Of a DNA stretch of 24,000 nucleotides, positions 7,111 to 13,578 are shown one piece after another; position 1 is the first letter of the stretch, and each line of letters starts with the position of its first letter. A program made the translations under genes and the position numbers. Below the pieces are notes generated by a model that searched no databases, was not told where the DNA came from, and saw nothing but the letters and a program-made list of their open reading frames with translations. The stretch comes from Acidianus ambivalens (GTDB lineage: Archaea > Thermoproteota > Thermoprotei_A > Sulfolobales > Sulfolobaceae): assembly GCF_009729015.1 (NCBI RefSeq), contig NZ_CP045482.1, positions 19,417-43,416 on the forward strand, given 5' to 3'.

Positions 7111-7163
7111 AAATAAAAATATATAAAAACTTACTTATGAAACAACTTATACTATGACATGTA
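6292..7163 (-). mobile_element. Possible IS200/IS605-family remnant (orfB only, no tnpA) bounded by ACATGTA heptamers
   Basis: ACATGTA occurs at 6292-6298 and again at 7157-7163, directly flanking the TnpB-like ORF. I saw no TnpA (HUH/Y1) gene and no clear subterminal hairpins. A 7-mer match could be chance in AT-rich DNA. Confidence 0.25.
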
Positions 7164-7173
7164 AAAAATTGTT

Positions 7174-7440
7174 TTATTTTAATAATTGAAGAACTTCTTG
7201 AGTTAACCCTTGAGGATACTCTTCTAAAGATTTTGCAACATCTAAAGGATTATCAAGGCTTGAGAACTGAGCTATTTGAGTTTCCTTTCCATTCTCTATC
7301 TTATATACAATTATTTCTTTTACCGAATTTATTGGTATATATCTGAAGGCAATTTCGTAACCGTTAGTAGGTCTCTCATAAATTCTGAATCCTTTTTCGT
7401 CAAGATATCTTCTTTCTAAATTCTCTAATTCAAGTGCCAT
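7174..7440 (-). CDS. Hypothetical protein (88 aa), no recognisable family
   Basis: ATG-initiated ORF with composition like its neighbours. A candidate TATA box lies about 26 nt upstream, consistent with a leaderless transcript. The protein has no His or Cys, so it is not a Y1/HUH transposase. Confidence 0.5.
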   Translation of the reverse strand: MALELENLERRYLDEKGFRIYERPTNGYEIAFRYIPINSVKEIIVYKIENGKETQIAQFSSLDNPLDVAKSLEEYPQGLTQEVLQLLK

Positions 7441-7462
7441 GTCCTAATATTCCTTTTCAAAG

Positions 7463-7470
7463 TTTTAAAT
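7463..7470 (-). promoter_or_regulatory. Candidate TATA box for the 88-aa ORF, and possibly for the TnpB-like gene downstream
   Basis: The minus strand reads ATTTAAAA, centred about 26 nt upstream of the ATG at 7440. Confidence 0.4.
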
Positions 7471-7496
7471 CTAAGTATCTAAAGTTGAAACAATCA

Positions 7497-8207
7497 TTAT
7501 AAATACATTATATCTCCATAAACAAGTTCATTATCAGCATTACCGAGATAATATTTTATTGTTGATGAAAATACGTAATTTCTCCAAATATAAAGCCTAA
7601 AGTATTCTTCAGAAACATCTAATGCCTCTTTCTTATTATAATAATAGCCAATTTGAATTAGTGGACCTTCACCTTCAGAGTAAGAAAGTAAAGCAGAATT
7701 AAGGCTAGCTGAGTATTCTTTTAGGCTATTAAACGCAAATCTAAAAGATTCCTTAACGTCGTTAGATTTACCAATTCCTTCAGCAATCTTTAATAAAAAC
7801 ATGTAACTATCCGTGTAAGGTAAGGAAGGATTTTCAAATGCATTACGCAATATTGAGCCGTTATGTGCGAAATACAAATCATAAACTCCAGCCCTTATAT
7901 GGTAAGGATGTGCATGGGTTAATCCTTGCAAAAATTTCTTACCAGCCTTTCTGGCATGAATTATTCCCATTATTTCTTCGCCTTTAATTGAAGTAAGAGT
8001 AGAGAGATCATCTCGAAATATTGGTTCTGGAGACCTATAATATAAGCTTCTCCAAATTCCACTCTTCTTTACAAAAACGATAAAGCCCCAACCATCTGGG
8101 TGAGATTTATATGGAGAAAATGGATCGTATCTTGCAGAATTTACGAAAGCTTTAAGCACTTCTCCGTTAATCTTTTCTCTATCTCTAAAGGCTAATAATC
8201 TACACAT
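7497..8207 (-). CDS. Class II (Ntn-type) glutamine amidotransferase, YafJ/EgtC-like
   Basis: N-terminal nucleophile MCRLLAF, followed by HPDGWGF, IIHARKA, HAHPY and FAHNGSI. This is the typical order of GATase-II motifs. Confidence 0.8.
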   Translation of the reverse strand: MCRLLAFRDREKINGEVLKAFVNSARYDPFSPYKSHPDGWGFIVFVKKSGIWRSLYYRSPEPIFRDDLSTLTSIKGEEIMGIIHARKAGKKFLQGLTHAHPYHIRAGVYDLYFAHNGSILRNAFENPSLPYTDSYMFLLKIAEGIGKSNDVKESFRFAFNSLKEYSASLNSALLSYSEGEGPLIQIGYYYNKKEALDVSEEYFRLYIWRNYVFSSTIKYYLGNADNELVYGDIMYL

Positions 8208-8895
8208 TCCAAATCAACCCATCGAAGGCTAAAATAAAATCGCCCAAGTTAGAATATTTATCTTCAATTTGTGAAGGTATATGAGTTATTATAACTCTCT
8301 TCTTATTAAAGATCTCTTTAAGCTTTGGCAACGGTGTATGGCCGTAAATTTCGCAACCTTCTATGCATGTTGCCTCGTGTATTATTAAATCTGCATCTCT
8401 ACTTTCCTCAATAATTCCTTCACACGGTTCAGACGTATCGCCAGAATACACGATTTTCTTTTCACCGTTAGTTACTACGTATGCTACTGCATATATTGCG
8501 TGGCAAGCTTCGACGGAATAAACTTCAAGATCCCCTATTTTAGCTTTAGGCAGATTGCTTTCATAAACTTCTGCAGAAATATTATTTCCGATATCCTTGG
8601 AAGCATTCAAGAGATTAGAAAATCCTGGAGGAGAATATATTTTCACGTCGTTCATTCTTCTTATTTTTCTCTGTACTAAATAGTCGAAAATTCCGTTAAT
8701 ATGATCTATGTGAAGATGAGTGAAAAATACTGAATTAATATCAGGAAATCCAAGATCTTCTAAGTTTGAGTTGGCGCCGTTACCCATGTCAAGGATTATG
8801 CTATCTTCTCCTTCTGAAACCATTATTGAGGATTTAGCTCTCCTTGAACCAACTGTTGAGCCAGCACCAGTACCTAAAAATGTTATTTTCATCAT
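8200..8895 (-). CDS. MBL-fold metallo-hydrolase (RNase Z/beta-lactamase superfamily III-like)
   Basis: ITFLGTGAG at the N-terminus, the HxHxDH motif (THLHIDHINGI), and a later SGDT...HEAT motif. Its 3' end overlaps the downstream amidotransferase start by 8 nt. Confidence 0.85.
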   Translation of the reverse strand: MMKITFLGTGAGSTVGSRRAKSSIMVSEGEDSIILDMGNGANSNLEDLGFPDINSVFFTHLHIDHINGIFDYLVQRKIRRMNDVKIYSPPGFSNLLNASKDIGNNISAEVYESNLPKAKIGDLEVYSVEACHAIYAVAYVVTNGEKKIVYSGDTSEPCEGIIEESRDADLIIHEATCIEGCEIYGHTPLPKLKEIFNKKRVIITHIPSQIEDKYSNLGDFILAFDGLIWNV

Positions 8896-8943
8896 TAGAT
8901 GTAATGACTACTCGCTTATATTCTTAGAAACAAAAAAGGGATT

Positions 8944-10002
8944 ATGGATAGAATAAGAAAGCTTCAGAACATGATGAAAGACAGAGGAATAGATTATGTA
9001 ATTATAGGACCTACAAGTAACATGTTTTATTTAACAAACTTTAGTGAGGAACAAATGGAAAGACCTTTATTCTTTGTGGTAAGTGAAGGGCACTCATACT
9101 TTCTAGCTCCAAAACTTTATGAAGAACAACTTTCAAAGTATAATTTTGAAATAATCTCTTATGCAGATGGAGAAGATCCATATTCAAAAATGGATTTAAA
9201 GACGAAATCCATCATCGCAATAGATGATCAATTATGGTCAGTTTTTACTATAAATTTAATTAGAAAATTCAATCCAAGTAATCTGCTTCCAGCTTCTATT
9301 CTTTTAAAAGAATTAAGAATGAGGAAGGACAAGGAAGAAATAAATATAATGGAAGAAGGGTTGAAGATCGCAGAAAATAGCTTTTTGCAATTTCTTAACG
9401 ATATTAAGGAAGGTAGTTCTGAATGTAAACTTGCGGATAGGTTAGAAGAAATATTTAAGGAGAATGGTGCAGATGGAGTATCATTCAAGACTATACTTAC
9501 TTCTGGGCCCAATACATCAATGCCTCACTTAAGGTGTACTGATAGGAAAGTAAGGAGAGGCGATGTAATAATAGTAGACTTTGGGATAAAATATAGAGGA
9601 TATTGCACAGACACTACTAGAGTTATCTCATTAGGAAATCCTTCTGATGAAGTTAAGAAAATCCATGAAATAGTACTCAATGCTCAGGAATCTGCTGAAA
9701 AAGCAAAGAAGGGAATGAAAGGTAAAGAAATAGATTCAATAGCTAGAGGAATAATCGCAAAAGCGGGTTATTCTCAATTCTTCATTCATAGAACTGGACA
9801 TGGTATAGGAATAGACGTTCATGAGGATCCTTATATCTCACAAGACAGTGAACAAGTAATAGAACAAAATATGACGTTTACCATAGAGCCAGGGATATAT
9901 TTACCTGGTAAGTTTGGGATAAGAATAGAAGATATGGTTGTAATGGGAGAAAAGGAAGCAAGGCCTTTAAACAAACTTGAAAAAGAGATTTACGTCATTT
10001 GA
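8944..10002 (+). CDS. M24-family Xaa-Pro dipeptidase/aminopeptidase P
   Basis: Creatinase-like N-domain plus a pita-bread domain. Metal ligands lie in the motifs DFG..Y.GYCTD.TR, HRTGHGIGIDVHEDP, TIEPG and IRIED. Confidence 0.9.
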   Translation: MDRIRKLQNMMKDRGIDYVIIGPTSNMFYLTNFSEEQMERPLFFVVSEGHSYFLAPKLYEEQLSKYNFEIISYADGEDPYSKMDLKTKSIIAIDDQLWSVFTINLIRKFNPSNLLPASILLKELRMRKDKEEINIMEEGLKIAENSFLQFLNDIKEGSSECKLADRLEEIFKENGADGVSFKTILTSGPNTSMPHLRCTDRKVRRGDVIIVDFGIKYRGYCTDTTRVISLGNPSDEVKKIHEIVLNAQESAEKAKKGMKGKEIDSIARGIIAKAGYSQFFIHRTGHGIGIDVHEDPYISQDSEQVIEQNMTFTIEPGIYLPGKFGIRIEDMVVMGEKEARPLNKLEKEIYVI

Positions 10003-11123
10003 ATAGCTTTTTTAAGAATACTAACTCCTTCTTTTATCTCTTCTTCGTTCGACATTGTTATGCTTAGTCTTGCCATTGTATCTCCTCCTCTTAAGAAGAA
10101 CGGTTTAGCTGGAACAAAGCTTAAACCTAGCTGTATTGCATTATTAAATACTTTCCAGCTATCTTTATCTAGGTCTAAAAGTAAGAAGAATCCGCACTTT
10201 GGATCGTTAAACTTTGTTAGCCCTTGGTCGGTCAACGAGTCTTTCAATACCTTCATTTTTCTTGAATAATACTCGTATAATTCTTTCATTCTTCTAGTAA
10301 CTATTCCTTTCCTTATTAACCTTGCAACTACATATTGATTTACAGTTGATGTTGAAAAGTCAAGTTGTTCTAATAAAGAGATCTTCTCAGCAATTTCCTT
10401 ATTAGCCAGAATAAAACCTATCCTTAAGCCTGGAGCAAGAATTTTACTAAAAGAGCTAATGTAAATTACTCTTCCGGTTTTATCGAAATACTTTATAGGT
10501 TTAGGAACACAGCCAGCTATAGGCCTATAAGGATCGTCCTCTAAAATGTAAAAGTCGTATCTTTCAGCCAATTCTACAAGGTACTTTCTCCTCTCCTCAT
10601 CTAAGTTAACTCCTGCAGGATTATGGCAGTTAGGAATTACATAAAGCAAATTTATCTTAACTAACTTAAGAAATTCCTCAAGTTGATCCACCTTAATTCC
10701 CTTGTCGTCTAAATCTATTGGAATGACTACTGACGACCTAAGTTTAATTGCATTAAAAGTTTCTATAAACGTAGGATTTTCAACAGCTATTACATCGTTT
10801 TCTAGAAAGTATTTTCCTAACAATTCCATTGCGTGCTGAGCTCCGCTTGTAATTACTATTTCATCTTCTCCTTTACTTAATCCTAAAAATTGAAGATAAT
10901 GCTCTTCAATTTCCTTCTTTAATTCCTCTTGACCTCCCGCTCCAGGGTAAAAAAGCGATTTTACGTCCTCTAAAACTTCGTTATACGCTTCTCTTATTTC
11001 GCTAATTAGAATAACCTTTGGATCTGGAGAGCCACTAGCTAAATTTATCTTAGCCTTTTTGGCAAGTTGGGAAGCTAATTCTACTGGAGATATTTCTATT
11101 TCCTTTCCTATTCTCGAGACCAT
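9990..11123 (-). CDS. PLP-dependent class I/II aminotransferase, ARO8/LysN (2-aminoadipate transaminase)-like subfamily
   Basis: Motifs are FYPGAGGQEELKKEI, TSGAQHA, NCHNPAGVNLDEERRKYLVELA, EDDPY and the PLP-lysine motif SSFSKILAPGLRIGF. Its 3' end overlaps the convergent peptidase gene by 13 nt. Confidence 0.88.
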   Translation of the reverse strand: MVSRIGKEIEISPVELASQLAKKAKINLASGSPDPKVILISEIREAYNEVLEDVKSLFYPGAGGQEELKKEIEEHYLQFLGLSKGEDEIVITSGAQHAMELLGKYFLENDVIAVENPTFIETFNAIKLRSSVVIPIDLDDKGIKVDQLEEFLKLVKINLLYVIPNCHNPAGVNLDEERRKYLVELAERYDFYILEDDPYRPIAGCVPKPIKYFDKTGRVIYISSFSKILAPGLRIGFILANKEIAEKISLLEQLDFSTSTVNQYVVARLIRKGIVTRRMKELYEYYSRKMKVLKDSLTDQGLTKFNDPKCGFFLLLDLDKDSWKVFNNAIQLGLSFVPAKPFFLRGGDTMARLSITMSNEEEIKEGVSILKKAIQMT

Positions 11124-12049
11124 ACGCCTTTCACTTCTATTTCTTTTCCTATGCCTTGTTTCTTAGCTTTTTCATAAAGAACTTTCATAACAGCGACGTC
11201 TTCTAATCCAATTCCAGTAGATTTGAATATAGAGATATCGTCATCTTTCTTTTTCTCTACTTTTCCTGCTATAACTGAAGACAACGTAACGAGTTTACTT
11301 TCATCTAGCATTCCCATCTTTTTAGCTAAAATTAGGTCTCCTGCTTCTTCTATTGCTTGTTCAATATCCTCAACTACTATAATTGACGAGGCTTTTATTA
11401 GTTCTGGAAAAGCCTCGACTCTTTCTGGAATATTAGAACCCATAAGATTAATGTGCATTCCTTTTCTTACGTAATCAAGCTTAATAAATGGATCTTTAGA
11501 GGAAGTTATTGAGGTAATGACTTCGGAATTGAGAAACACGTCCTTATATGATCCTGCTACCTTAACTTTTATTCCTTCAGAATTAAGAATCCTAAGAGCT
11601 TTATTTATCCTTTCTTGAGTTCTGGAAATAACTATTGGTTCTATTTTCTTGAGTTCATAAAACGCTTCAACTTGAGCTAAACCTTGCTTTCCTAATCCAA
11701 TGATGCCTACAGTATCGTACTTTATTTGAATATAATCTGATGCCAAAACTGATAAACTTCCAGTCCTTATCTGGCTTAATCTATCTGTCTCAGCTATCAT
11801 CAAAAGCTCTCCAGAGGTTGAGAAGAGAAGAGAAACGAAATTCCCCTTTATAAAAGTTTTAATGCCAAGATAACCTTGTAATCCTCCTGCTTGACAAGTT
11901 AATGTAGAGCCAGAAATCGAGGTTCTCATCCTTTTAGAATTTACGCCTGCTTTGCTTTCCAAAGCAATAAAAGCTTCTTTTAATGCAACATAAGCATCTT
12001 CAAATTTTAATAAATTAGATACATCTTTTTCTGTAAGTAGTAGGGCCAA
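11108..12049 (-). CDS. Ornithine cyclodeaminase/mu-crystallin family NAD(P)-dependent enzyme (archaeal alanine dehydrogenase/ketimine reductase-like)
   Basis: The start codon is TTG. The Rossmann motif is VGIIGLGKQGLAQV, and the overall length and layout fit the OCD_Mu_crystallin family. The gene overlaps the downstream aminotransferase start by 16 nt. Confidence 0.8.
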   Translation of the reverse strand: MALLLTEKDVSNLLKFEDAYVALKEAFIALESKAGVNSKRMRTSISGSTLTCQAGGLQGYLGIKTFIKGNFVSLLFSTSGELLMIAETDRLSQIRTGSLSVLASDYIQIKYDTVGIIGLGKQGLAQVEAFYELKKIEPIVISRTQERINKALRILNSEGIKVKVAGSYKDVFLNSEVITSITSSKDPFIKLDYVRKGMHINLMGSNIPERVEAFPELIKASSIIVVEDIEQAIEEAGDLILAKKMGMLDESKLVTLSSVIAGKVEKKKDDDISIFKSTGIGLEDVAVMKVLYEKAKKQGIGKEIEVKGVWSRE

Positions 12050-12076
12050 TTTTCCCTAATAAAATCTGCCCAAGTG

Positions 12077-12084
12077 CTTAAAAG
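12077..12084. promoter_or_regulatory. Single A/T box (CTTAAAAG) in a 58-bp divergent spacer. It is a candidate shared or bidirectional TATA element.
   Basis: The box centre is about 27 nt upstream of the ATG at 12108 (+ strand) and about 32 nt upstream of the TTG at 12049 (- strand). Confidence 0.35.
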
Positions 12085-12107
12085 TACTACTATTCAAAAA
12101 ACTTACT

Positions 12108-12434
12108 ATGGAGCTTACGCCTAGATTGCAGGATGTAATAAATATCGTTAAACAAAGAGGAGAAATTAACTTAAAAGATCTGGCTTTGGAACTTAAAGTT
12201 TCTCCTAAGACAGCTAAGGGATATGTAAGAGAGCTAACAAGGCTTGGATTTGTTGAAATGGATGAAAAGGAGAATGTAAAATTAAAGGTTACACAGGAAG
12301 ATCCAGTAGAAAGCCTAAAAAAGATAATAGAAATCCATGAGAGCGAAATTAATGCATTAAAGAAGGAAGTTGAGGAGTTAAAGACTGAAATAATAAAGCT
12401 TAGGAAGAAGGGTAAATATACTACAGAAGATTAA
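12108..12434 (+). CDS. Winged-helix DNA-binding protein with a C-terminal coiled coil (putative transcription regulator)
   Basis: The N-terminal 60 aa (INLKDLALELKVSPKTAKGYVRELTRLGFVE) look like a wHTH. The C-terminus is a heptad-like charged helix (ESEINALKKEVEELKTEIIKLRKK). Confidence 0.65.
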   Translation: MELTPRLQDVINIVKQRGEINLKDLALELKVSPKTAKGYVRELTRLGFVEMDEKENVKLKVTQEDPVESLKKIIEIHESEINALKKEVEELKTEIIKLRKKGKYTTED

Positions 12435-13138
12435 CTTCTTGATAAACTAATTACATATTTGAACCATTTATAGATTTGTCCCGTTGTTAATTTACTTTTA
12501 CCGATTTCCCTATCCTTAAAAATTATTGGAACTTCTGCAACAGGAAGGTTGGCCTTCAATACCCTATATACTGCACATATTTGAAATTCGTAACCGTCGG
12601 CACTTTCGCACTTTAAAACTTCCTTGGCTGCTCTAGTTGAGTATATTCTATAATTGGAAGTATTATCATGAAGAGGTGAGCGTAAAAGTAATCTGACCAA
12701 AAAGTTTGCTCCCCAACTAATTATTCTCCTCTTTATCGGCCAGTTCTTAATTCCTCCGCCTTTTATATATCTGGATCCTATTACTAAGTCAAATCCTTCT
12801 CTAGCCTTCTCATACATTGCTGGGAGGTAAATAGGATCGTGACTTAGGTCAGCATCCATAGTAACTACATAATCTGTGCCATTTTCTATAGCTTTTTGTA
12901 TTCCTGTCCTTATTGCTGAGCCGAGTCCTCTTTCTTTTTTCCTCACTATTACTTGGATATTGGACGAGTTTAAAGACCTTACAGCTTCTGCGGTCCCATC
13001 TTGACTATTATCGTCTACTATTATTATGCTAGCTCGTATTACCTTACTTAAAAGGGATAATAATCTTATAATATTATCTCTCTCGTTAAATGTAGGTATA
13101 ACAATAGTAACCCTTTTATTTACTTGCACATTTTCCAT
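12431..13138 (-). CDS. GT2 polyprenyl/dolichyl-phosphate mannose (or glucose) synthase, DPM1-like
   Basis: Motifs are VTIVIPTFNERDNI, IIIVDDNSQDGT, MDADLSHDP and GSRY..GG, with the short soluble GT-A architecture typical of DPM1/AglD-type enzymes. Confidence 0.85.
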   Translation of the reverse strand: MENVQVNKRVTIVIPTFNERDNIIRLLSLLSKVIRASIIIVDDNSQDGTAEAVRSLNSSNIQVIVRKKERGLGSAIRTGIQKAIENGTDYVVTMDADLSHDPIYLPAMYEKAREGFDLVIGSRYIKGGGIKNWPIKRRIISWGANFLVRLLLRSPLHDNTSNYRIYSTRAAKEVLKCESADGYEFQICAVYRVLKANLPVAEVPIIFKDREIGKSKLTTGQIYKWFKYVISLSRS

Positions 13139-13578
13139 ATTTCATCTCCTAGATAGTGCAAATTCTTTGAAAACTTGCCTTTCTTTTCTTTTTCTGCATC
13201 TTCCTTGCTTATAAGAACTTTCATAACAGCTATCGCTTTTCCTTCCATTGTAGTAACTGCAATAATATCTCCAGGTTTACAATTGCAGTTATACTCTTTT
13301 ATGCCAGGTACAAATAAATCCGCCCCTTTCAGCACAGCCCTTACTGCTCCTTCATCAACTTTTACTGAAGGAAAAGAAATATTAAATTTGTAAATTGCGC
13401 AGAGTGTAGGAATTAAATCTTGTGAAAAGAAGGATAAAACTCCATCTAAAAAATAATAAACTTCCTTTTTCTCTTTACCTATTTCTACCTTTTGCGGAGA
13501 AAGATTAACGTTATATTTTTCTTTTATTTTCTCAAGTAATTCTTCTGTTTCCTTCTCTGATAAGAAATGCCTCTGCAT
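13120..13578 (-). CDS. PUA-domain RNA-binding protein (MCT-1/Tma20-like, pre-PUA plus PUA)
   Basis: The C-terminal half (VKVDEGAVRAVLKGADLFVPGI...GDIIAV...GKAIAV...HYLGDEIW) is a typical PUA signature. The start ATG overlaps the upstream stop as TAATG. Confidence 0.75.
   Translation of the reverse strand: MQRHFLSEKETEELLEKIKEKYNVNLSPQKVEIGKEKKEVYYFLDGVLSFFSQDLIPTLCAIYKFNISFPSVKVDEGAVRAVLKGADLFVPGIKEYNCNCKPGDIIAVTTMEGKAIAVMKVLISKEDAEKEKKGKFSKNLHYLGDEIWKMCK

Noticed and set aside
7111-7131. TTTTTATATATTTTTATTT immediately upstream of the TnpB-like ATG, considered as its TATA box
   Set aside because: Its centre is only about 16 nt from the ATG. With the usual 26 nt between TATA box and TSS, transcription would start inside the ORF, so I did not annotate it as a promoter. 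I mention it in the TnpB-like finding as a reason to doubt independent expression.
6289-7440. A complete IS200/IS605 element (tnpA plus tnpB with subterminal hairpins)
   Set aside because: There is no HUH/Y1 transposase ORF, since the neighbouring 88-aa protein has no histidines. I found no convincing terminal hairpins. The 3' end abuts a housekeeping gene with overlapping stops. Only a low-confidence remnant call is retained.
8720-8956. Track ORF 8720..8956 (+)
   Set aside because: It is antisense to the N-terminal part of the MBL-fold hydrolase and spans the divergent promoter region. It has no motif support.
9228-9512. Track ORF 9228..9512 (-)
   Set aside because: It is antisense to the M24 peptidase gene and has shadow-ORF composition.
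10060-11474. Track ORFs 10060..10269 (+) and 11223..11474 (+)
   Set aside because: They are antisense to the aminotransferase and OCD-family genes, and their sequences are S/L-rich and low-complexity.
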